DNA of 64,000 nucleotides from Candidatus Kerfeldbacteria bacterium (GTDB lineage Bacteria > Patescibacteriota > Patescibacteriia > UBA9570 > XYC2-FULL-38-9), in contig JBDRKW010000020.1 of the NCBI GenBank assembly GCA_043813585.1, positions 65,185-129,184 on the forward strand. The letters run 5' to 3'. Position numbers and translations under genes: made by a program. Position 1 is the first letter of the stretch. Every line of letters starts with the position of its first letter. This document shows positions 42,547-50,890 of the stretch, in pieces. The notes under the pieces are model-generated. The model had not been told where the DNA came from. It was given only the letters and a program-made list of their open reading frames with translations, and made no database searches.

Positions 42547-43356
42547 ATGGCAAACGACACACCAACAAATTTACCACCATTACCCAATTTACCCGGCATT
42601 GATGATGATGCGGATGCCATTGCAGGCACTCAGGCTGAGCCTGCTTCCACGCCGGCTATGATGCCGACTCCTATGTCCGCAACAGTTCAACAACCGCCGT
42701 CTGCACCTGCAGATCTTCCTCAGATACCGCCACAGACGCCTCCTCCATCTCAACCTGCACCTCTGCCCGCAATACCTCCATCTCAACCGCCGGCCATAGC
42801 TTCCGCTGTTGTCGTTGAGCCGCCCTCTCAAATGCCAGCGACACCTCCCGCAACTCAGCCGCCGACTGTACCTCCAATACAACCGGTTCAACCGGTTCAA
42901 CAGCCATTTACTGCTGCGACTCCGCCTCCGGTACAGGGAGCAGGAGCAATATTCACGCAACCGCAAGCGGCACTCGGAGCGCCTCCGCCGCCAATTGACA
43001 CGCAGGGCGGCATGCAGAGCATTGAGCAGGCCGCGCTGAGCGATGACGAGCAAGAAGATCTTTTTGGAAAGGAAGCATTATCGACACGGCAGAAAGTTAT
43101 TATTGTGGTTATTGTTGTTATTGCGCTCGGGGTGGTACTTGGCGGGGGTTTCTTCCTCTACACGCGGATTAATCCTTCATTTCTGGGCGCAACAACCACC
43201 GCCAACACCGATGCGACGCTTGATACTGACGGCGATGGCCTGACTGATGCCAAGGAAGCGGAACTCGGCACGAATCCCAACATCAATGATACTGACGGCG
43301 ATGGGTACCTCGACGGTGATGAAGTCAAAAACGGATACAATCCGCTAGGACCATAA
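42547..43356 (+). CDS. bitopic membrane protein: Pro/Thr/Ala-rich N-terminal region, one TM, C-terminal thrombospondin-type-3-like Ca-binding repeats
   Basis: 'DTDGDGLTDAKEAELGTNPNINDTDGDGYLDGDEVKNGYNP' (DxDxDG repeats). TM 'VIIVVIVVIALGVVLGGGFFLY'. ATG 42547 is preferred over the track start. Confidence 0.5.
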   Translation: MANDTPTNLPPLPNLPGIDDDADAIAGTQAEPASTPAMMPTPMSATVQQPPSAPADLPQIPPQTPPPSQPAPLPAIPPSQPPAIASAVVVEPPSQMPATPPATQPPTVPPIQPVQPVQQPFTAATPPPVQGAGAIFTQPQAALGAPPPPIDTQGGMQSIEQAALSDDEQEDLFGKEALSTRQKVIIVVIVVIALGVVLGGGFFLYTRINPSFLGATTTANTDATLDTDGDGLTDAKEAELGTNPNINDTDGDGYLDGDEVKNGYNPLGP

Positions 43357-43359
43357 CAT

Positions 43360-44439
43360 ATGAAGCAAGTAATTATTGGAATGAGCGGAGGAGTCGATTC
43401 CTCGGTGGCTGCGTTTTTGTTGAAGGAACAGGGATGGGACGTCACCGGCGTGTTCATGAAGAATTGGGAAGACGAGCACTCGGATACCTATCGTCATGAG
43501 CATACGAGCGGATGCATATGGGAGAAGGACTTTGAGGATGTTCGGCGCGTTTGCGACCAGCTGGAGATTCCATATCAGACATTCAACTTTACACGCGAGT
43601 ATCGAGAACTCGTTTTTTCATTATTTCTAAAGGAATTAGAGCAGGGGAGAACACCGAATCCAGATATTGCCTGCAATCAGGAAATAAAATTCAATCTCTT
43701 TGCAAAAAAAGCCTTGGCCCTCGAAGGAATAGATGCGATTGCAACCGGACACTATGCACGTATTAATGAAGGTGCGCTTTGCCGTCCAAAGGATGACAAC
43801 AAAGACCAGACCTATTTTCTATACCGGGTACCGCCGGATATTCTCAATTCCGTGATATTCCCATTGGAGGATCTCACAAAAGATGAAGTTCGCACGATTG
43901 CGAAGAAACAGAACTTCCCAAATGCAGACAAGAAAGATTCAACCGGTATCTGTTTTATCGGTGATATTGATTACAATGCGTTTATCAAAGAGTATATCCC
44001 AGAGAACCCAGGTCTCATTGTTTCTACTGGAGGCAAAACACTAGGCGAGCACAAAGGGCTTCATTTTTTCACGATCGGACAACGGCGGGGGATTGATATT
44101 GGCGGTACAGGTCCATACTATGTTGTCGAAAAACGTATCGACACGGATGAACTTGTGGTAACCAATGATAAAGATGACGCGCGCCTGTATCAGCGTTCAT
44201 GCATTGTTGAAGACTTGCACCATCTTACCAACGAACCATTTCCAGAACAGTGTCAGGTTCAAGTGCGCTACAGGCAGAAGGCTGTTGACTCCGTGGTCAC
44301 ACAGATCGATGAGAAAAAAATCGAGATAACTTTTGATCAACCAGTACGAGCGATCACGCCCGGACAGTCTGCAGTACTCTATGATAACGACTGCGTCATT
44401 GGTGGAGGGGTTATATCACAGGTTGACAAAACTGAATAA
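43360..44439 (+). CDS. mnmA: tRNA-specific 2-thiouridylase MnmA
   Basis: PP-loop 'IIGMSGGVDSSVAAFLL', 'IATGHYAR', C-terminal 'DQPVRAITPGQSAVLYD'. Confidence 0.9.
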   Translation: MKQVIIGMSGGVDSSVAAFLLKEQGWDVTGVFMKNWEDEHSDTYRHEHTSGCIWEKDFEDVRRVCDQLEIPYQTFNFTREYRELVFSLFLKELEQGRTPNPDIACNQEIKFNLFAKKALALEGIDAIATGHYARINEGALCRPKDDNKDQTYFLYRVPPDILNSVIFPLEDLTKDEVRTIAKKQNFPNADKKDSTGICFIGDIDYNAFIKEYIPENPGLIVSTGGKTLGEHKGLHFFTIGQRRGIDIGGTGPYYVVEKRIDTDELVVTNDKDDARLYQRSCIVEDLHHLTNEPFPEQCQVQVRYRQKAVDSVVTQIDEKKIEITFDQPVRAITPGQSAVLYDNDCVIGGGVISQVDKTE

Positions 44440-44475
44440 ACAGTGTATAAAGCGTACAGCCAAATGGAGGAACAC

Positions 44476-44880
44476 ATGAAGGTTCTGGTTATTGAGGATG
44501 ATCCAGACGTCCGCAAGGCGGTTGGGCGTATGATCACAATCATTCTTCGATGTCCTGCTGTTGTGGCAGAGACGACGACGAAAGGACTGGAGATATTCGG
44601 TTCAGACGAAGCGATCGATCTGGTGGTGAGCGACTATGACACAGGTCGCGGCGAGCCTCGGAGCACCATGCTCTACGAGAAGATTCGCGGCGAGCTGGAA
44701 CAGCGCGGAGGTTTTTTCATCGCAATGAGTGCTGATTTCCACTCGCGAGAAGGCCACACCGCTCGGAAGCACTTCGAGTCGCTTGGCGTACCGACGCTCG
44801 ACAAGCCATTCCGGATGCCGCAAATGGAGAGCATCTTCGAAGGATTGTTTCCTCATCTCGCTGACAAAGGGTTTACCTGA
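44476..44880 (+). CDS. stand-alone response-regulator receiver (REC) domain protein
   Basis: 'MKVLVIEDDPDVRK', phospho-acceptor region 'DLVVSDYDTG', and 'LDKPF'. SD GGAGG lies 4 nt upstream of ATG 44476. Confidence 0.6.
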   Translation: MKVLVIEDDPDVRKAVGRMITIILRCPAVVAETTTKGLEIFGSDEAIDLVVSDYDTGRGEPRSTMLYEKIRGELEQRGGFFIAMSADFHSREGHTARKHFESLGVPTLDKPFRMPQMESIFEGLFPHLADKGFT

Positions 44881-44933
44881 GTCAGCTTCTTTTTTTATTT
44901 GCAAAACGCGTTCAAATCCTGTTTAATGGCCAT

Positions 44934-46760
44934 ATGTCAAACCTATCCAGCAACGAAATCAGGAAGCGATTCATTGATTTTTTTCGTGATAAAGACCACG
45001 AAATTTTACCTTCCGCTTCTGTCATACCCGAAAACGATCCAACGCTTCTTTTTGTGAACAGCGGCATGTACCCGTTGGTACCCTATCTGATGGGCGAATC
45101 GCATCCTCAAGGGAAACGCCTGGCCAATATTCAAAAATGCATCCGTACTATTGATATTGACGAGGTCGGTGACAACCGACACAACACTTTTTTCGAGATG
45201 CTTGGTTGCTGGAGTCTGGGTGACTATTTCCGCGAAGAGATAATTCTTTGGACCTATAAGTTCCTAACTGATGAAAAAATAGGAATTGGCCTGGATGTCT
45301 CTCGATTATACGTAACCTGTTTTGAAGGTGATGATAGATCGCCAAAAGATACAGAATCAGCAGAGCTATGGATGGCTGCAGGCATTCCTCAAGATCGAAT
45401 CCATTTTCTGCCGGCAGAAGAAAATTGGTGGCAGCTACCAGGAAAAACAGGGCCATGCGGTCCAGATTCAGAGATCTATTATGATCTAAGCGGAACACTT
45501 GGAAAGGTGACAGCTGAAGAATTTGTGAAGGCAGGGGACGATGGCGTTGTCGTTGAAATCGGCAATGACGTCTTTATGGAATTTGCTAAAGACGGAAAGG
45601 GCGGCGTGGAGCCGCTTCCAAGGAAGAATATTGACGTCGGTTGGGGGTTGGAACGGCTCGCTATCGCGTCGCAGGGCGTTCAAACGATATATGAAATTGA
45701 CACGTTTAAGCCGCTAATAGACAAAGTAGGTGATATTTCAAAGAAGCAATTTGACGGGGAGTTTACCCGGCCGATGCGTATTATTGCTGACCATATAAAA
45801 GCGGCAACAATGCTGATCGGCGACCAGGTCGGCGCAACCCCGTCCAATGTCGAACAGGGGTATATCGTCCGTCGGCTGATTCGACGCGCCATTCGGGAAG
45901 GAAATACACTCGGCATTAAACGTGAATTTACAGTCTCAATTGCGGAGCTGGTGATTCAATTGTATGGGAAGTACTATCCTGAGCTGGAAACAAACAAGGA
46001 GAAAATAAGGGCAGAACTTCAGAACGAAGAAGCAAAATTTTTAAAAACACTTGAAAAAGGTTTGAGAGAGTTTGAAAAGCTGATCGAGAAGGATCTAAAA
46101 CAGATATCGGGACACGACGCATTTATTTTATTTAGTACATACGGGTTTCCACTGGAGATTACTATGGATTTAGCGGCCGAACGAGGAGCATTAGTCGACA
46201 AGGAAGAGTATCAGCGTGAGTTCGAACAACACCAGGAGTTATCGAGGTCTGGTGCAAAAGCAAAGTTCAAGGGAGGTTTAGCCGAGGATTCGGATAACAC
46301 ACGAAAACTTCACACCGCAACACACCTTCTTCACAAGGTGTTAAAGATGGTTCTCGGTGATGAGGTAGAGCAAAAAGGTTCAAATATTACCCCGGAACGG
46401 CTTCGATTTGATTTCAATTACGCAGAAAAACTTACTGACGAACAAAAAGCAGAAGTAGAGAAGATTGTGAATGATCAAATACAGGCAGATCTGCCCGTTG
46501 TGTGCACAGAAATGACTGTTGACGAGGCAAAAAAAGATGGTGCAATCGGCCTGTTTGAGGAGGAATATGAGAAGAGCGGCGGAAAGGTAAAGGTCTATAC
46601 GATCGGAGAAACAGGCCATATTTTTTCCAAAGAAATTTGTGGAGGACCCCATGTTGAAACAACAGGAGAGTTGAAATCATTCAAAATTACTTCTGAAAAA
46701 TCATCATCTGCAGGTATTCGGCGCATAAAGGCGGTTATTGGATTTCAGGCAAAAGGCTAA
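44934..46760 (+). CDS. alaS: alanine--tRNA ligase, short form lacking the C-Ala domain
   Basis: 'IRKRFIDFFRDKDHEILPSASVIPENDPTLLFVNSGM'. Editing-domain motifs 'HTATHLLH' and 'CGGPHV'. 608 aa versus about 870 in the canonical enzyme. Confidence 0.85.
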   Translation: MSNLSSNEIRKRFIDFFRDKDHEILPSASVIPENDPTLLFVNSGMYPLVPYLMGESHPQGKRLANIQKCIRTIDIDEVGDNRHNTFFEMLGCWSLGDYFREEIILWTYKFLTDEKIGIGLDVSRLYVTCFEGDDRSPKDTESAELWMAAGIPQDRIHFLPAEENWWQLPGKTGPCGPDSEIYYDLSGTLGKVTAEEFVKAGDDGVVVEIGNDVFMEFAKDGKGGVEPLPRKNIDVGWGLERLAIASQGVQTIYEIDTFKPLIDKVGDISKKQFDGEFTRPMRIIADHIKAATMLIGDQVGATPSNVEQGYIVRRLIRRAIREGNTLGIKREFTVSIAELVIQLYGKYYPELETNKEKIRAELQNEEAKFLKTLEKGLREFEKLIEKDLKQISGHDAFILFSTYGFPLEITMDLAAERGALVDKEEYQREFEQHQELSRSGAKAKFKGGLAEDSDNTRKLHTATHLLHKVLKMVLGDEVEQKGSNITPERLRFDFNYAEKLTDEQKAEVEKIVNDQIQADLPVVCTEMTVDEAKKDGAIGLFEEEYEKSGGKVKVYTIGETGHIFSKEICGGPHVETTGELKSFKITSEKSSSAGIRRIKAVIGFQAKG

Positions 46761-46815
46761 TATTAGCAGTATAAGAATGTTATACGCAGTGTTATCCCCA
46801 ATACACAGCATATCC

Positions 46816-46843
46816 TTGACACGGAAATGGCGTGTGTTATAAT
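46816..46843 (+). promoter_or_regulatory. strong sigma70-type promoter (TTGACA-16-TGnTATAAT) upstream of infA and the ribosomal operon
   Basis: Consensus -35 and extended -10 about 125 nt upstream of infA. Confidence 0.55.
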
Positions 46844-46969
46844 CGTCGAGCAATTGATCTCTGTAGCAATATCACGAACTCTTCAAGAAAGACGGTGCAA
46901 ATAGAGCATTATTACTTCTCATTTGACCGACAGGACACTGGGAGGTGATCTTTTTTTGCGCCAATTAGC

Positions 46970-47236
46970 GTGATTATGCCAAAACCACAACATCAAGACC
47001 GAAAACCAAACGAGATCAAAACCACAAAAAAGGGGTTTATTGAAGCAAAGGGTACAGTAGAAGAGATGCTTCCAAACGGCTATTTCAAGGTTATCCTTGA
47101 AAACGAACATGAACTCCTGGCCCATCTTTCCGGCAAAATGCGCATGTACAAGATTCGCGTACTCCCAGGCGATGAAGTCATTGTGGAAATGACGCCGTAT
47201 GACCTGACGAAAGGTCGCATAACAACACGTCTTTAA
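46970..47236 (+). CDS. infA: translation initiation factor IF-1 with a ~17-aa N-terminal extension
   Basis: '[58 protein letters not shown]'. Confidence 0.85.
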   Translation: MIMPKPQHQDRKPNEIKTTKKGFIEAKGTVEEMLPNGYFKVILENEHELLAHLSGKMRMYKIRVLPGDEVIVEMTPYDLTKGRITTRL

Positions 47237-47249
47237 TCACACGTTTCCA

Positions 47250-47363
47250 ATGAATGTTTCCGCATCAGTAAAAAAGCGCTGCAAAAAGTGCAAGACGATC
47301 CGTCGCAACGGGCGAGTGCGTGTGATTTGCTCTAATCCAAAACATAAGCAACGACAAGGATAA
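47250..47363 (+). CDS. rpmJ: 50S ribosomal protein L36
   Basis: 38-codon ORF '[37 protein letters not shown]' with the zinc-ribbon Cys pattern. Below the ORF-track size cutoff. Confidence 0.85.
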   Translation: MNVSASVKKRCKKCKTIRRNGRVRVICSNPKHKQRQG

Positions 47364-47366
47364 GCT

Positions 47367-47759
47367 ATGGCACGTATTGCTGGAATTACATTACCAAATG
47401 AAAAGCGCGTAGAGATTGCGTTGACATATATTTATGGTATCGGTCTTACTACAGCCAAGAAAATATTAAAACTGACAAAAGTTGATGGAAATACCCGGGT
47501 GAAGGACCTTACTGAAAACCAGGTACGCGTGCTTCGCGATGCAATTGAAAAAGGTTCATTTAAGATCGAAGGAGATCTAAAGCGAGATGTATTATCAAAT
47601 ATCAAACGACTGAAAGAAATTACCGCATATCGGGGTGTTCGCCATATGCGCGGGTTGCCTGTTCGCGGCCAGCGCACTAAGTCGAATACACGTACAGTAC
47701 GCGGCAACGTAAGGAGAACCGCCGGTTCAGGACGCAAAGTATCAGCTCAAAAGACATAA
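47367..47759 (+). CDS. rpsM: 30S ribosomal protein S13
   Basis: '[26 protein letters not shown]...[19 protein letters not shown]'. Confidence 0.9.
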   Translation: MARIAGITLPNEKRVEIALTYIYGIGLTTAKKILKLTKVDGNTRVKDLTENQVRVLRDAIEKGSFKIEGDLKRDVLSNIKRLKEITAYRGVRHMRGLPVRGQRTKSNTRTVRGNVRRTAGSGRKVSAQKT

Positions 47760-47762
47760 TCT

Positions 47763-48245
47763 ATGGCAGACGAAGAGAAAAAACCAGAATTGGAAACAAC
47801 AGCCGAAGCTAAGCCGGAGATCACTGATTCTGATACAAAGGAATCACAGGAAGATGATGCGGCTGCTGCTAAGAAGAAAAAGAAATCAAAGAAGCGCACT
47901 GTTGCACGGGGGCGCGCATATATCAAGGCGACCTATAATAATACTATAGTAACGTTCACAGATCAGCACGGTAATACGCTTGTTTCATCTTCAGCAGGCC
48001 GTTGCGGGTTCAAGGGTCCGAAGAAATCGACGCCGTATGCCGCGGGAATTATCGTAAAGGATGCCTCTGAGCGGGTGAAAGATTACGGGCTGCGGACTGT
48101 TGACGTCTATGTACGGGGAATCGGAAGCGGCCGCGACGGAGCTATTCGTGCGCTGAATGCACAGGGTTTTTCAATGCAGAGCATTAAAGATATTACGCCA
48201 ATTCCGCATAACGGCTGTCGTCAGCGGAAACTGCGACGCGTATAA
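47763..48245 (+). CDS. rpsK: 30S ribosomal protein S11 with acidic/lysine-rich N-terminal extension
   Basis: 'GRAYIKATYNNTIVTFTDQHGNTLVSSSAG...KKSTPYAAG'. Confidence 0.9.
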   Translation: MADEEKKPELETTAEAKPEITDSDTKESQEDDAAAAKKKKKSKKRTVARGRAYIKATYNNTIVTFTDQHGNTLVSSSAGRCGFKGPKKSTPYAAGIIVKDASERVKDYGLRTVDVYVRGIGSGRDGAIRALNAQGFSMQSIKDITPIPHNGCRQRKLRRV

Positions 48246-48251
48246 ACGATC

Positions 48252-48863
48252 ATGGGTAGAAATCTCGAACCAAAATGTAAGAAATGCCGGAGGATCGGCG
48301 AAAGCGTCTGCGGATCGGCGAAATGCGCAGTAACTCGCCGCAGTTATATTCCGGGCATGCACGGTCCAAAATACAGGCCGCGTGTATCCGAATTTGGAAT
48401 GCAGCTGCGCGAGAAGCAGAAGGCAAAATATACCTATGGCGTTATGGAACGCCAGTTCCGCGGCTACTACGAAAAAGCAAACAAAAAGGCGGGGAACACC
48501 GGTGACATTCTCATGCAGTTGCTTGAGCTCCGTCTTGACAATGTTATCTATCGGGCCGGCTATGCCTCGACGCGGCGTCAGTCGCGCCAGCTGGTATCTC
48601 ACGGGCATTTTCTCGTCAATGGACGCCGCTGCGACATACCATCCCGCCACATGAAGGTCGGCGATGTGATTGAATTGCGGACAAAAAGCCAGGGCAGTGA
48701 ATATTTCGAGCAGAACAAACTGGAGATGAAAATGCACGAGCCGCCAAAATGGCTTCATGTAGATAAGGCGGCAAATACGGTTAAGGTCCAGGCTCTTCCG
48801 GCAGTTGATGAGGTCGAGCGGAATATCGCGGTGAACCTGATTGTTGAATTTTACTCACGATAA
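48252..48863 (+). CDS. rpsD: 30S ribosomal protein S4
   Basis: Zn-ribbon 'CKKCRRIGESVCGSAKC'. S4 domain 'LDNVIYRAGYASTRRQSRQLVSHGHFLVNGRRCDIPS'. Confidence 0.9.
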   Translation: MGRNLEPKCKKCRRIGESVCGSAKCAVTRRSYIPGMHGPKYRPRVSEFGMQLREKQKAKYTYGVMERQFRGYYEKANKKAGNTGDILMQLLELRLDNVIYRAGYASTRRQSRQLVSHGHFLVNGRRCDIPSRHMKVGDVIELRTKSQGSEYFEQNKLEMKMHEPPKWLHVDKAANTVKVQALPAVDEVERNIAVNLIVEFYSR

Positions 48864-48881
48864 AAAAATTTATATACGATT

Positions 48882-49715
48882 ATGTCCATCCCACTACCAA
48901 ATAAAATTGACGTAGAAGAGAAGGCCGATAATCATGCTGTCATTACGGTTTCTCCGTGCTTTCCAGGATATGGAACAACAGTGGGGAATGCGCTGCGCCG
49001 CGTTTTGCTTTCTTCATTGCCGGGCGCTGCGATTACCGCTGTAAAGATTAAAGGGGTTGACCATGAATTTTCCACACTTGAAAATGTCAAAGAGGACATC
49101 GTCGAGGTCATCCTAAATTTAAAAACAATACGCGTAAAATCAGAATCAGACGACCCGATTGAGCTGGAACTTTCTGTTAAAGGCGAAAAGGTGGTCACCG
49201 CGGCCGACTTCAAAGATAATGCCCAGGTCGAAATCATGACCAAGGATATTGAAATCGCAACACTCACAGACAAGGCTGCAGAGCTCAACATGAAAGTTAT
49301 TGTTGAAAAAGGCAGTGGATATGTGCCTGTTGAAGAGCGGAATACGGAAAATCTGGAAGTTGGCTATATCGCGATCGATTCTGTCTATACCCCGATCCGC
49401 AACGTAAATTATAATACTGAACATGTCCGCGTCGGACAGATGACAAACTACGATAAACTGTTGCTGGATGTTGTTACTGACGGAACGATCAATCCGGAAG
49501 AGGCATTCCGCACGGCAGCAAAAATCCTCGTTGAGCAGTTCCAGAGTCTGACAGGCGAAACTGGCGTTGAAGAAGAGCCGGTTATGGAAGCTATACAGGC
49601 ATCTCTGCTCGGGGAGGACGTATCTTCCGGAGACGACGAAGAGAAGGAAGAAGAAACGGAGACAGTAGATGAGGAAACAGAGGAAGATAAAGAGGAAGAG
49701 AAAAAAGAAGATTAA
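48882..49715 (+). CDS. rpoA: DNA-directed RNA polymerase subunit alpha, N-terminal domain only, with acidic C-terminal tail
   Basis: The alpha-NTD is conserved ('GYGTTVGNALRRVLLSSLPGAAITAVKIKGVDHEFS'). The protein ends after ~235 aa in a 40-aa D/E-rich tail. No alpha-CTD is encoded. Confidence 0.85.
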   Translation: MSIPLPNKIDVEEKADNHAVITVSPCFPGYGTTVGNALRRVLLSSLPGAAITAVKIKGVDHEFSTLENVKEDIVEVILNLKTIRVKSESDDPIELELSVKGEKVVTAADFKDNAQVEIMTKDIEIATLTDKAAELNMKVIVEKGSGYVPVEERNTENLEVGYIAIDSVYTPIRNVNYNTEHVRVGQMTNYDKLLLDVVTDGTINPEEAFRTAAKILVEQFQSLTGETGVEEEPVMEAIQASLLGEDVSSGDDEEKEEETETVDEETEEDKEEEKKED

Positions 49716-49737
49716 TAAGGTCCTGAAGATCTAGACT

Positions 49738-50094
49738 ATGCGTCATAAGAAAGAATCAGTAAAACTGGGGAGGCTGGCAGGTCCGCGAAAAGCGGTCATG
49801 CGTTCTCTTGCGATTGCTCTTATAGAAAATGGACGCATCACCACCACTGCAGTCAAGGCGCGGGCGCTCAAGAAGTTTATTGAACCGCTGGTAACAAAAG
49901 GCGGGTCAAAGAGCGTACACACGATACGGGAAATTGAAAAGAAACTGTCGAATAAGAAGGCGGCATTAAAGCTGGTGAATGAAATCGGTCCGAAGTTCAA
50001 ATCAGTCAACGGGGGATATACGCGCATTACGAAGCTGATCGTACGCAAAGGCGACGGTGCGGAGCAGTCTGTTATTGAATGGGTAACGAAGTAG
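49738..50094 (+). CDS. rplQ: 50S ribosomal protein L17
   Basis: 'MRHKKESVKLGRLAGPRKAVMRSLAIALIENGRITTT...GYTRITKL'. Confidence 0.9.
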   Translation: MRHKKESVKLGRLAGPRKAVMRSLAIALIENGRITTTAVKARALKKFIEPLVTKGGSKSVHTIREIEKKLSNKKAALKLVNEIGPKFKSVNGGYTRITKLIVRKGDGAEQSVIEWVTK

Positions 50095-50096
50095 CT

Positions 50097-50456
50097 ATGG
50101 CAACACCAATCAAACGCAATAATCATGTTATTGACGCGACAGGCAAATCACTCGGCCGGCTTGCATCAGAGGTAGCCATATTGCTGCGCGGAAAAAATAA
50201 GCCATCATTTCAACCGCACGTTGACGGCGGAGATATTGTGCAAATTACAAATATCAAACACGTAAAGGTGACCGGCAATAAACAGGAGCAAAAGAAGTAT
50301 TTCCGCTACACCGGCTATCCCGGCGGGATAAAGAGTTCCACACTGGACGAACTATTGGAATCCAATCCAGAAAAGCTGATGAAGATGGTGGTTCGCGGAA
50401 TGTTGCCGGACAATAAGCTCCGTGACGGAATGCTCAAACGCTTAACGATCAAATAA
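50097..50456 (+). CDS. rplM: 50S ribosomal protein L13
   Basis: 'VIDATGKSLGRLASEVAILLRGKNKPSFQPHVDGGDIV...YFRYTGYPGG'. ATG 50097 is preferred over the track start 50079. Confidence 0.9.
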   Translation: MATPIKRNNHVIDATGKSLGRLASEVAILLRGKNKPSFQPHVDGGDIVQITNIKHVKVTGNKQEQKKYFRYTGYPGGIKSSTLDELLESNPEKLMKMVVRGMLPDNKLRDGMLKRLTIK

Positions 50457-50458
50457 CC

Positions 50459-50878
50459 ATGGTTCAAGCTTCAAAACGGAAACGACGAGGATACACCTAT
50501 GCTGTAGGACGGCGAAAAACTTCTACGGCCAGGGTTCGGTTTTATAAAAGTGAAGAACGGGTAGGGGAAATTGAAGTTAACGGCAAGAAGCCGGGTGAAT
50601 ATTTTGCAGCACACGTAGCAACAATTCCAAAGGAAGCAATCGACGCACTATCAGAGCCGGTTGAAGGGTACTTTACAGTGCGAGTTACAGGCGGTGGCAG
50701 TAAATCTCAGGCAGAAGCGGTGCGGCACGGTATTGCACAGATACTCATTTTACTTAATGAAGACTCGAGAGCCGTCCTGCGAAAGAAAGGTTTTGTTACT
50801 CGAGACCCAAGAATGAAGGAGCGGAAAAAGCCTGGCTTGAAGCGCGCTCGTCGGGCGCCGCAATGGTCAAAGCGCTAA
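50459..50878 (+). CDS. rpsI: 30S ribosomal protein S9
   Basis: 'YTYAVGRRKTSTARVRF...VRVTGGGSKSQAEAVRHGIAQIL...RDPRMKERKKPGLKRARRAPQWSKR'. Confidence 0.9.
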   Translation: MVQASKRKRRGYTYAVGRRKTSTARVRFYKSEERVGEIEVNGKKPGEYFAAHVATIPKEAIDALSEPVEGYFTVRVTGGGSKSQAEAVRHGIAQILILLNEDSRAVLRKKGFVTRDPRMKERKKPGLKRARRAPQWSKR

Positions 50879-50890
50879 CGTCTGTCCTCC

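Noticed and set aside
42589-43053. 154-aa Arg/Cys-rich minus-strand ORF
   Set aside because: It is antisense to the Pro-rich region of the 42547-43356 gene (CCN codons read as NGG = Arg/Gly on the other strand). Compositional artefact.
44881-44933. Leaderless promoter for alaS (TTGCAA-17-TTTAAT, 6 nt before ATG)
   Set aside because: Both hexamers are weak and A/T-rich context makes chance matches likely. Not reported as a feature.
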